Positions 1 through 8,200 of a stretch of 29,596 nucleotides of DNA are shown here, piece after piece. Source of the stretch: Pyrobaculum sp. (GTDB taxonomy: Archaea; Thermoproteota; Thermoprotei; Thermoproteales; Thermoproteaceae). Every line of letters begins with the position of its first letter. The stretch's first letter is position 1. A program made the position numbers and the translations under genes. Under the pieces are notes generated by a model. It had not been told where the DNA came from and made no database searches. It worked only from the letters and a program-made list of their open reading frames with translations. The DNA lies in contig JBKBOT010000013.1 in NCBI GenBank assembly GCA_046293555.1, positions 13,134 through 42,729 on the forward strand, written 5' to 3'.

Positions 1-2
1 AA

Positions 3-1061
3 ATGTTAATACTGGTGGCAGCTATAGTTATAGTTCTGGCAGTAGTTCTACTTCTCCAGTTTCAGACACCTCCACAGACCCCCACGCCAACTCCCACACC
101 TCCACCCACGCCACCTCCACAGACCCCGGCGCCAACTCCAGCGCCTCCCCCCGCGCCGCCGGCGTATAAGTTTATAATCTATACGGGCGGCACAGGTGGC
201 ACCTATTACCCCGTCGGCACGAGGCTTGGAGAGCTTGTCAACAAGTACGCGTCGCCGATGTCTGCAGACGTGCGGACTAGCGGCGCCTCTGTGGCTAACG
301 CCAACGCGCTGGCGGCTGGCGACGGCAATATCGCCTTTATACAAAACGACATTGCCTACTACGCCTACCACGGGCTGTACATGTTTGAAGGGAGGAAGAT
401 AGGCCTCGCGGGCGTGGTGTCGTTATATCCAGAGACCATCCAGATTGTAGTCCTAGCCGACAGCCCCATCAAGTCGGTATATGACCTCGCCGGCAGGAAG
501 GTGGCGGTAGGCGCCACTGGCTCCGGCACCGCGGTAAACGCAGAGCAGATCCTCAAGGCGGCTGGCGTTTGGGACAGGGTGGAGAAAGTCTACGCTGCAT
601 TCACCGAGGCCGCCCAGATGCTTAAATTGAGGCAGGTGGACGCAGCCTTTATTGTGGCTGGGTACCCCACCTCCGCTGTGGTAGAGCTAGCCACCACGAC
701 GCCAGTACGTCTAGTAGAGGTGCCAGATGACGTCTACCAGAAGCTCCGCCAGGAGGGCTACCTCTTTTTTGTCCGCCAGACGGTGCCAAAAGGTACCTAC
801 AACGGCCTTGATAGCGACGTGAAGACCCTGGCGGTGATGGCAATCATAGTGGTGAGAAGCGACGTGCCTGAAGATGCCGTCTACCACCTCCTGAAGACTC
901 TAGATACAAATCTTGCCGAGTTTAGAAACGCCCACGCCAGGGTGTCTAACTTCGCCATAGAGAAGGCGCTAGAGGGCATGTCCATACCACTCCACCCAGG
1001 CGCCGTGAGGTTCTATAGAGAGAAGGGGATATCTATACCCAGTGAACTTCTGCCGCGGTGA
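3..1061 (+). CDS. TAXI-family TRAP transporter solute-binding subunit (N-terminal membrane anchor and Pro/Thr linker; true start may lie upstream of the window)
   Basis: Motifs TGGTGGTYYP, TSGASVAN, AFIQND, LYPETIQIVV, VAVGATGSGT and IPLHPGAVRFYRE are typical of TAXI receptors; lies upstream of a fused TRAP permease. Confidence 0.93.
   Translation: MLILVAAIVIVLAVVLLLQFQTPPQTPTPTPTPPPTPPPQTPAPTPAPPPAPPAYKFIIYTGGTGGTYYPVGTRLGELVNKYASPMSADVRTSGASVANANALAAGDGNIAFIQNDIAYYAYHGLYMFEGRKIGLAGVVSLYPETIQIVVLADSPIKSVYDLAGRKVAVGATGSGTAVNAEQILKAAGVWDRVEKVYAAFTEAAQMLKLRQVDAAFIVAGYPTSAVVELATTTPVRLVEVPDDVYQKLRQEGYLFFVRQTVPKGTYNGLDSDVKTLAVMAIIVVRSDVPEDAVYHLLKTLDTNLAEFRNAHARVSNFAIEKALEGMSIPLHPGAVRFYREKGISIPSELLPR
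66..164 (+). repeat. Low-complexity Pro/Thr/Ala linker within the TAXI gene
   Basis: TPPQTPTPTPTPPPTPPPQTPAPTPAPPPAPPA; the nucleotide unit CACCTCCACAGACCCC occurs twice. Confidence 0.8.
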
Positions 1062-1404
1062 CCTACTGGCGGTAGTGGCTATAATCATGTCTCTCTTTTT
1101 CCCCGTGTCATATGTAGAGATCTCTATAGACGGCGTGGAGAGAGTATACCCACCTGGAGTTAACTTCACCATTACGTATATCCACAGCATAGAGAAGACG
1201 GCCGTGGTGGAGCGCTATATCGCCACGGCGGGGGGCATATATCTCGACGGCAGGCTTCATGTAGGCAGGCGGATACATTACTACTTCATCCCAGCCAACA
1301 GGGCGGCCGTCGTGCTAGAAAGGCCACACGACGTGGCGAAAGACCTGGCGATAGAGATAAAGACGGCCCCCCTGGCGGAATACGTCACACACGTCTTCCG
1401 ATGA
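1042..1404 (+). CDS. DUF1850-like small protein of TAXI-TRAP operons
   Basis: F(T)ITYIHSIEKTAVVERY matches the DUF1850 'YxHSVE' pattern; sits between receptor and permease; ATGA overlap with the next gene. Start codon uncertain (1042, 1075 or 1087). Confidence 0.7.
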   Translation: MNFCRGDLLAVVAIIMSLFFPVSYVEISIDGVERVYPPGVNFTITYIHSIEKTAVVERYIATAGGIYLDGRLHVGRRIHYYFIPANRAAVVLERPHDVAKDLAIEIKTAPLAEYVTHVFR

Positions 1405-3500
1405 GGTGGATAATCTACACGGCCGCCATCGCCATCGCGGTCTTTGAGCTAGGCTTCCAGATGGGGTTTTTCTACTATCTCTACACCCTGGGCGTGCCCT
1501 ATCTCCCGGCTACACTCGACGTACAGCAAGTCCAAGCTGCAGTCATGGCGTTAACGCTAGTGATAATCTTCTTGACGAAACCCCTAAGAGGCCGCCCCCT
1601 CTACGGCGGGGTGCTAGCCGCGCTGGGCTTCACCTCTTTTATCTACATCTTTGTAGTATTTCAAGAACTTATATACAGGGTGGGGCTCCCCACCCCCCTC
1701 GACCTGGCCATGGGCATACTCGCCATAGCCCTAATGCTCGAGGCCACCAGGAGGGCGGCAGGGCCCGTCTTGCCGCTAGTGGCGCTAGCCTTTTTGACAT
1801 ATGGCCTGTGGTACGGCGTCGCCACTTACTCACATACAGAAAACCCCCTAGCCAGAGCCGTGGCGGTATTAATTAACCACCTCTACCTAGCCAAAGAGGG
1901 GATATTCGGCACCCCCCTATTCGTAATGGTGACCTACGTCTACGCCTTCGTCCTCTTCGGCGCCTTTCTCGAAAAGCTGGGCATAGGGAGCTACATCACC
2001 AACTTCGTGTTGTCACTCCTCGGCAGGAAGCCAGGTGGGCCCGCCAAGGTGGCCGTGGTCTCCAGCGCACTTATGGGCACGGTAAGCGGCTCTTCTGTAG
2101 CCAACGTGTTGACTACAGGCACCTTCACCATCCCCATGATGAAAAAGGCAAAAATGCCCCCAGAGATGGCCGGCGGCGTCGAGGCGTCAGCCTCTACCGG
2201 CGGCCAGCTCATGCCCCCCATCATGGGCGCCGCCGCCTTCGTGATGGCAGAATTTCTAGGCAGGCCATATAGAGACGTAATGATATCTGGCTTCCTCCCC
2301 GCGGCACTCTATTTCTTCAGCATGTATCTATTCATAGACTTCTTCGTGAAGAAGCTAGGGATAAAGCCCCTCCCACAAGAAGAACTCCCCGTAGCCCGCA
2401 GGCTGGCACGACAGCTCTACCTATTTGCCCCCATACCGCTTATAGCCTACCTACTGATTGTAGGAATCCCCCCACAACACTCCGCCATCGCCGCATTGAC
2501 CGTAGCGATAGTGGCCTCCATAGCCGCCAAGCCGCTCTCCAGAGGCACAAAGGCGGTCATAACCACCACAGTTGCGGCCATAGGGCTCGCCCTAGCCGCC
2601 ACAGGCGTCAACATCTACACCGTCATCTTACTACTCGGCGTCTTGACCATAATAGCCGTGGCGGCCGTGGGGCTACTATATAGAAAAGCCAGAGACCTCG
2701 CCAGACTGGCCTTCGACGCAGTTGTCTCGGCAGGCGTGACAGTGTCTACAGTCTTTCTCGCAGCCAGCGTCGCCGGCGTCATACAAGGCGTCCTGACATA
2801 CACAGGGCTAGTCACCTCCATAGGCGACATGTTGATCAGATGGACTGGAGGAAACCCCCTGGCCCTACTATTCGTCACCATGGCCATCAGCCTCGTCCTC
2901 GGCATGGGCGTACCCACCACCGCCAACTACATAATCACCTCCCTAGTCTCAGCCAGCGCCGTGGCATACGCCATCTCCAACCTAGGCTACGACTACGCCA
3001 GCGCGCTACTTGCTGCACACTTCTTTGTCTTCTACTTCGGCATACTGGCTGACGTCACGCCGCCAGTAGCCCTAGCGGCATACGCCGCCTCCACTCTTGC
3101 AGGCAGCCACTTCTTCCGCACGGCGCTATACGCCACAAGATTCGCACTAGCCGGCTACCTGGTGCCCTACATGTTTGCCCTACATCCACCCATGTTGGCA
3201 GCCACAGTGACACAATGGACAGCCGACACCATCCTCTCCATAGCACTAAACACCACCTCAGCCATCGTGGGGATATACCTACTCGCAGGAGGGGTAGTAG
3301 GCCATCTAGGCGGCCCCCTCCCCACCTGGATAAGAACGGCACTAGTAGCCACAGCCGTGCTAACAATCATAACAAACCCCTACGAAACGCCAGCAATACT
3401 AGCCATAGCCACAACAGCCCTAATCGCCACCCACCTCAAATACCGCACACAAAAAACCACAACACCACAACCACCCACCAACACAATAAAACAATCTTAA
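1401..3500 (+). CDS. TRAP transporter fused 4TM/12TM permease (DctQM, TAXI type)
   Basis: LEATRR, EGIFG, GGPAKVAVVSSALMGTVSGSSVANV, ASTGGQLMPPIMGAAAFVMAE, LGMGVPTTANY and ADVTPPVALAAYAA; many hydrophobic helices. Confidence 0.95.
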   Translation: MRWIIYTAAIAIAVFELGFQMGFFYYLYTLGVPYLPATLDVQQVQAAVMALTLVIIFLTKPLRGRPLYGGVLAALGFTSFIYIFVVFQELIYRVGLPTPLDLAMGILAIALMLEATRRAAGPVLPLVALAFLTYGLWYGVATYSHTENPLARAVAVLINHLYLAKEGIFGTPLFVMVTYVYAFVLFGAFLEKLGIGSYITNFVLSLLGRKPGGPAKVAVVSSALMGTVSGSSVANVLTTGTFTIPMMKKAKMPPEMAGGVEASASTGGQLMPPIMGAAAFVMAEFLGRPYRDVMISGFLPAALYFFSMYLFIDFFVKKLGIKPLPQEELPVARRLARQLYLFAPIPLIAYLLIVGIPPQHSAIAALTVAIVASIAAKPLSRGTKAVITTTVAAIGLALAATGVNIYTVILLLGVLTIIAVAAVGLLYRKARDLARLAFDAVVSAGVTVSTVFLAASVAGVIQGVLTYTGLVTSIGDMLIRWTGGNPLALLFVTMAISLVLGMGVPTTANYIITSLVSASAVAYAISNLGYDYASALLAAHFFVFYFGILADVTPPVALAAYAASTLAGSHFFRTALYATRFALAGYLVPYMFALHPPMLAATVTQWTADTILSIALNTTSAIVGIYLLAGGVVGHLGGPLPTWIRTALVATAVLTIITNPYETPAILAIATTALIATHLKYRTQKTTTPQPPTNTIKQS

Positions 3501-3520
3501 AGCCGCCATTAAATGTAGAG

Positions 3521-3528
3521 TTAATAAA
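3521..3528 (+). promoter_or_regulatory. Putative TATA box for the leaderless R-M transcript
   Basis: TTAATAAA about 21-28 nt upstream of ATG 3549. Confidence 0.5.
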
Positions 3529-3548
3529 CTAAAGATGCGGTGTTATAA

Positions 3549-4013
3549 ATGACGCGTGAGGCCCAGATACAAGACGAGCTTATCTACCTCATAAAGACTG
3601 TGATCAAAAAATTCAGGTTTTACGGACTCGAGTTTTCTAAAGTGGAGAGAGACTACCCCATAGATAGAAAGAAGGCAGACGTCGTCGTGTTTAAAAAGGG
3701 CGAGGGGCCCTTCCTCTTCATAGAGACAAAAAGAGGGGGCCGACGCGGCAGGCTTTTCGACCCTCTAGACGTCTCTGTGGTGGGGCAGGTGATGGGCTAT
3801 GCGGCGTTGTATAAAAAGAAGCACGGCTATTTAGTGCCATACGTCGCCACGACAAATGGAGAACGTATAGTTGTTTTTAAAACACCAGAAGACGTGGAAA
3901 ACTACATAGACCTCGACGCGGTGGAACGAGGAGAATACCAAAAAGCCTTCAAACCCGGAATGTACCAACAACTCATACAGAAATACATAATTAAAGACGA
4001 GGAGTGGATATGA
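3549..4013 (+). CDS. PD-(D/E)XK restriction endonuclease domain (HsdR_N / type IIG N-terminal-like)
   Basis: E..(VERDYPI)..KADVVVF..FLFIETKR catalytic pattern, a QxxxY helix (QVMGYA) and 'ATTNG'; directly coupled to an MTase ORF. Confidence 0.8.
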   Translation: MTREAQIQDELIYLIKTVIKKFRFYGLEFSKVERDYPIDRKKADVVVFKKGEGPFLFIETKRGGRRGRLFDPLDVSVVGQVMGYAALYKKKHGYLVPYVATTNGERIVVFKTPEDVENYIDLDAVERGEYQKAFKPGMYQQLIQKYIIKDEEWI

Positions 4014-6580
4014 AAAAAGAATACATCCGGTCTTTACTAGAAGACATAGCTGAGGATTTTTGGAAGGGGAGGACACTTGTGGTAGAGCCCACAGAGGCGT
4101 TACGAGAGAGATTTAGAAGTTTTGTAGATGAGGTGGCAGCTGCTATTAAGCCACGCCTAGGAGAAGAGGCGAAGAAAGAGCCGCTAAGGGGGGAGCTTGA
4201 ACGTGCTGGCTACAACCCAGAGGATGAGACAGCGTTGAGAAACTTGGCGCGGATGATGGCATATGTTTTCTTAAACAAGCTGGTGTTCTACAAAGTGTTA
4301 GAAAAAAGCTACAAGCTGCCGTCCCTAACTCTAGACACCACCTCTGCCGCCAAGTTTAGAGAACAGCTAGACTACTTCTTCCAGAAGGCCGTGGAGGTGA
4401 CCAACGACTTCGAGCCAATTTTCAGCACCGGGCTGTACGACAAAATACCAATTCCAGACAGCCGCGAGTTTTTAGAATATGTTGACGACTTTGTCGCCAC
4501 GTTAGACAATGTGGACTTAATAAAGCTGGGGGAGCAGATTGGCTATATCTACGAGGAGTTAATACCGCCAGAGGAGAGACACCAGTTGGGGCAGTTCTAC
4601 ACGCCGCCTTGGGTTTGTGAGCTTATCGTGAGGTGGGCTGTGAGAAGTGGGGACGACGTGGTGTTAGACCCCGGCGTTGGCAGCGGCGGGTTTTTACTTA
4701 AGGCATACCAGCGGCTTGTAGAACTGAAGATAGGCCACACACGCTACGTCCCAGAAGACGTCCACAAAAAGGTGTTGCATCAATTATACGCCGTCGACAT
4801 AAACCCCTTTGCGGCACACCTAACGGCGGTAAATCTCTCTATGAGAAACGTCAGGGCACCCACCACAGAGCTAAACGTAATATATAGAGACTTTTTCTCT
4901 CTCCCCCCTGGCGAAGAGGTTTTAGCGCCTTACGTCATAAAGACGCCGGCAGGCGAGATAAGGCGGAGTTTCGACATACCTGCGGTAGATGCGGTAGTGG
5001 GAAACCCGCCCTACACCAGATGGACAGAAATACCGCAGACAACACGTGATTTGATAACAAAACAGCTAAAAGAAGCCATGAAGAAATACAACCTCACGCC
5101 ACAAGTGGGCAGAGGGGCGGAGATCGGGATATATATCTATTGGATTATACATGCCACACGCTTCTTGAAGAACGGCGGCCGGCTGGGGATGATAATCTCA
5201 AACACATGGCTCCAGACAGACTACGGCATTAGGTTCGGGAAATTCCTACTTGACCACTACAGGATAAAGGCTGTAATCGATTTTTCGGCCAGGCTTTTTA
5301 AAGACGCACTAGTGACCACGTGTATAATATTGGCAGAGAGAGAAAGCGACGAGAAAAAGAGGGCGGAAAACACAGTGGCCTTTATACACATCCCTGGAGA
5401 AGTGGAGATACTAAAAAACGAAGACATAGACGAGCTGCTAAAAGCGGTAGAAACGGGCCAGTCTGAGAAATACCGCGTAAGGCTTGTAAGGCAGGGAGAC
5501 ATACCGCGAGACCAAAAATGGATAACTCTATTCTTCAAGACAGCCGAAGTTTACAGCCATCCTTTGTTGGTCAAATTTGACGAGTTATTTGAGCCGTCGT
5601 ATGGAAATGTGACGTATCTCTACCTAGCCTCCACAGGCAAAATCAGGGGTGTGAGAAACCCAGGCGCCGGCGAGTTCCACTACCTTACTCCCTCTAAGGC
5701 CAGGGGGTTTAACCTAGATATGTGGGCCTACCCCAACAAGCCGTTGGAAGAGGCCTTAGTCTATCCGGCAATAACAAACGCCAGACAGGTCAGATATTTC
5801 ACCTTTGGGGAAGAAGACTGGGAAGAGCTCTGCAAAGCCGACGAGAGGTGTTACATGTTTATAGGCCACATGCCGAGACATCAACTCCCAAAGGACGTGG
5901 AGGGGTATGTCAAATGGGGTGAAACAAAGTGTAGAACAAAAATTAGAGGAAGTAGAGGCGGGGGGAAGTTATGTAGTCAGACAGAAGCGGCGAAAGCTAG
6001 GTCAAAAACAAGCCAGTTTTATGGATGGTATGACCTCGGCGGGGTGATAAAAACGCCGATTATCGCCATACGTCAGGCCTGGCACAAGAGCAGGTTTATC
6101 TGGTGTAAATTCCCCGTAGCGACCTACGACGCAATAATAACACTAATGCCAAAAATCCCCCTAGACGAGCTTCAAATCAAGGCTCTTTTGGCATATCTAA
6201 ACTCGAGCTTTGTACAACATTACATTGAAACTCGCGGCAGAAAAAGCCCAGGCGGAATAATCGCACTTGAACTAAACATAGCCGGAGAAATGCCTATCCT
6301 CGACGTGAGGCGGCTGGATAGACAATGGCTGGAAAAACTCGCCAGGTTGTTCGACGAGTTGGAGGCAGAGGCTAGAAAAATCGGCGGCGCCTCTGAGAGA
6401 GAGCAGTTGGAAAAACTCAAGCCGGCGATATACCGGATAGACGACGTCATAGCCGAGATGTTAAACATCAGCAGGGAGGAGGTAGAGAGGATACAGAAAG
6501 AAGTAGAACAGCTGATAGAAAGAAGAGTCAGCAGAAAGAAGAAAGAAGGGAGCCGGTTTACACTCCTCTCCTTCTTCTAA
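4010..6580 (+). CDS. N6-adenine DNA methyltransferase with C-terminal target-recognition region (type IIG-like M-S portion)
   Basis: LGQFYTP (motif X), VLDPGVGSGGF (motif I), VVGNPPY (motif IV), LAYLNSS and a helical tail. ATG 4010 overlaps the upstream TGA (ATGA) after GAGGAG; alternative GTG start at 4004. Confidence 0.92.
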   Translation: MKKEYIRSLLEDIAEDFWKGRTLVVEPTEALRERFRSFVDEVAAAIKPRLGEEAKKEPLRGELERAGYNPEDETALRNLARMMAYVFLNKLVFYKVLEKSYKLPSLTLDTTSAAKFREQLDYFFQKAVEVTNDFEPIFSTGLYDKIPIPDSREFLEYVDDFVATLDNVDLIKLGEQIGYIYEELIPPEERHQLGQFYTPPWVCELIVRWAVRSGDDVVLDPGVGSGGFLLKAYQRLVELKIGHTRYVPEDVHKKVLHQLYAVDINPFAAHLTAVNLSMRNVRAPTTELNVIYRDFFSLPPGEEVLAPYVIKTPAGEIRRSFDIPAVDAVVGNPPYTRWTEIPQTTRDLITKQLKEAMKKYNLTPQVGRGAEIGIYIYWIIHATRFLKNGGRLGMIISNTWLQTDYGIRFGKFLLDHYRIKAVIDFSARLFKDALVTTCIILAERESDEKKRAENTVAFIHIPGEVEILKNEDIDELLKAVETGQSEKYRVRLVRQGDIPRDQKWITLFFKTAEVYSHPLLVKFDELFEPSYGNVTYLYLASTGKIRGVRNPGAGEFHYLTPSKARGFNLDMWAYPNKPLEEALVYPAITNARQVRYFTFGEEDWEELCKADERCYMFIGHMPRHQLPKDVEGYVKWGETKCRTKIRGSRGGGKLCSQTEAAKARSKTSQFYGWYDLGGVIKTPIIAIRQAWHKSRFIWCKFPVATYDAIITLMPKIPLDELQIKALLAYLNSSFVQHYIETRGRKSPGGIIALELNIAGEMPILDVRRLDRQWLEKLARLFDELEAEARKIGGASEREQLEKLKPAIYRIDDVIAEMLNISREEVERIQKEVEQLIERRVSRKKKEGSRFTLLSFF

Positions 6581-6690
6581 GCCGGGCGGCAGCTACGACA
6601 TATTGCCCGCCGCCTTTAGACGTTTTGCAGCCAGATCGGTTAAGGCAAAGTAGGCTACATAAAGATATTTGAATTCCCTACCTTTTTTAT

Positions 6691-6715
6691 GTTTCCACCC
6701 CCTTTTCAATTCTGG
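6691..6715 (-). CRISPR. Solitary degenerate CRISPR repeat (no array)
   Basis: Minus strand reads CCAGAATTGAAAAGGGGGTGGAAAC (25 nt), 19/25 identical to the Pyrobaculum repeat as I recall it (CCAGAAATCAAAAGATAGTTGAAAC), with a GAAAC 3' end; about 700 bp from cas6. No second copy was seen. Confidence 0.65.
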
Positions 6716-7065
6716 GGGTTGTGGAGTATTGTGTGTTTTCTTGTGTGTTTTTGTGCTTTTCATGTCGTGTAGCTTTTTTGTGTCTGTCTAGCTTCAACGT
6801 TTTTCTAACCTTTGCTTTCTCACGTTGTGACAGTGGTCTCGGTGTCTGTGTTGTGGTTTGGGCTACAGTAGAGAGATTGCCGGATTTAGGTATATGTCTA
6901 CTAGAGGAGTTAGACATCTCTTTGTACGGACGGCATTGGCCCCTATTGCCGTGTCTATTGTCCTTTCTGTGTAGAGAAAAGGAGTGACGAGTTTGAAACA
7001 GATAGGTTGAGCGGTTTTAGCTAAAGTATTTCTAAAAAATAAAACCCATAACATTTCTCACAGTT
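6716..7065 (-). promoter_or_regulatory. CRISPR leader-like AT-rich non-coding region
   Basis: About 350 bp, lower GC, no credible ORF, abuts the 5' end of the repeat, divergent from the cas genes, and contains several inverted repeats. Confidence 0.55.
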
Positions 7066-7069
7066 AATG

Positions 7070-7077
7070 TTTAAATA
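7070..7077 (+). promoter_or_regulatory. Putative TATA box for the csa5-like/cas6 unit
   Basis: TTTAAATA 19-26 nt upstream of ATG 7096. Confidence 0.6.
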
Positions 7078-7095
7078 TTTGTTGAAGTATTGCAT

Positions 7096-7419
7096 ATGGC
7101 ACAGACAAAAAGTGACGCCACAAAGGGAGATCTTATAGTTGACGCACCTGATACATTTCGTCCAACGGTACAACTGAAGATAGCTTACGACGTAGTTGAT
7201 GAGCTTGCCAGCTCTCCAGAGAAGTATTTAACAGCTTTGTATAAACCAACTCGACTGGCGGAAAAAGTCTATAGGCAGCTCTTCGGCAGCGATTATTATA
7301 GGGTGGTGCGTGAGTTTGTGCGTCTGGCTAACAACCCCAACAGGGTTGGAGATAGTTGTGAGGTGGATAAAGTTGCGGAGGTTTTGATTGGGTGGCGGCG
7401 TCGTGGTGGCTCTAGTTAG
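7096..7419 (+). CDS. Small helical protein, Csa5/Cas11-like (possibly a csa5'-'cas8a deletion chimera)
   Basis: YDVVDELASSPEKYLTALYK resembles the type I-A small-subunit pattern YxxVDxLAx..ALY; first gene after the leader; overlaps the cas6 start. Confidence 0.45.
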   Translation: MAQTKSDATKGDLIVDAPDTFRPTVQLKIAYDVVDELASSPEKYLTALYKPTRLAEKVYRQLFGSDYYRVVREFVRLANNPNRVGDSCEVDKVAEVLIGWRRRGGSS

Positions 7420-8200
7420 GGTTGCCTATAGGGTTGGGGAGGCTGTGGTGTTTACTGGTTTTTCTGGCACTATTGTGGAGTCTCTGGTGGTGAAGATTCT
7501 TGGCCCGGATCTACATAACGCTAGCCTTAAGCCTGTCTCTATTACCCCTTTTTTCTACAACGGGAGGCCCGTCGTGGGTAGGGCCGCTATACCTCCTGGC
7601 GGGCGTCTGGAGTTTAGAGTTGGCGTGGCGTATCCCAGCCTCGCCGAGAGGTTTTTGAAGGGGGTTGCAGACGTGGAGCTTTTTGGCAGGAGGCTTTTGC
7701 TTGAAGAGGTGGAGTTTAGAGAGGTGTTTGACGGCCCCATGCCTGACAGCAGGTGTTTTAAGGTGGAGTTTTTGACGCCTGTTAGGTTTGCCGTGCGTCC
7801 ATACATGCGGCGGAGGAGGGCCCTTTTTGACTTTTTCCCCAGGCCTTTTACCCTCTTTAAGTCCGCCGTGGCGCATGGGAGGGGGCTGGGCCTATTGAGG
7901 CTGGGGGCGCCGTTTTTGAGGTGGGTATATACCTACGTGGCTTTGACCGACTTTGGCTGTGGTAGCTGTAGATGTGTGAATAACGTATGTAGGTATAGAT
8001 GTGTCAGGACTGTGGGGCTGCCTAATGGCGGGGTGGCGAGGGGGTTTGTCGGCTGGGCTCTCTATAGGGCTTTTGGGAGGAGGAGGCTGGGGGACATGTG
8101 GAAAGTGTTGAGACTTATGGAGGTTTTTAACGTGGGGACTGGCCGGGGGATGGGCCTCGGCGTCGTGAGGGTAACTCCGCTTGATTGTGGCGTCTCGTGA
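7403..8200 (+). CDS. cas6: CRISPR pre-crRNA endoribonuclease Cas6 (RAMP)
   Basis: N-terminal FTGFSG..LHN..KPVSITP, central VEFLTPVRF, RGFVGW and the C-terminal glycine loop NVGTGRGMGLGVV. Start probably GTG 7403 or 7406 after GGGTGG (the track gives TTG 7388). Confidence 0.9.
   Translation: MVALVRVAYRVGEAVVFTGFSGTIVESLVVKILGPDLHNASLKPVSITPFFYNGRPVVGRAAIPPGGRLEFRVGVAYPSLAERFLKGVADVELFGRRLLLEEVEFREVFDGPMPDSRCFKVEFLTPVRFAVRPYMRRRRALFDFFPRPFTLFKSAVAHGRGLGLLRLGAPFLRWVYTYVALTDFGCGSCRCVNNVCRYRCVRTVGLPNGGVARGFVGWALYRAFGRRRLGDMWKVLRLMEVFNVGTGRGMGLGVVRVTPLDCGVS

Noticed and set aside
4010-4020. Programmed -1 frameshift at the A6 run
   Set aside because: The run starts at the last base of the nuclease stop codon, so ribosomes would terminate before slipping.
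6622-6646. Possible second CRISPR repeat at period 69 (starts GTTT)
   Set aside because: Only 9/25 identity to the repeat at 6691-6715, which is not distinguishable from chance, so no array is called.
6687-7054. Short ORFs 6687..6917, 6721..6987 and 6863..7054
   Set aside because: Low-complexity translations produced by the GT skew; the region is better explained as a leader.
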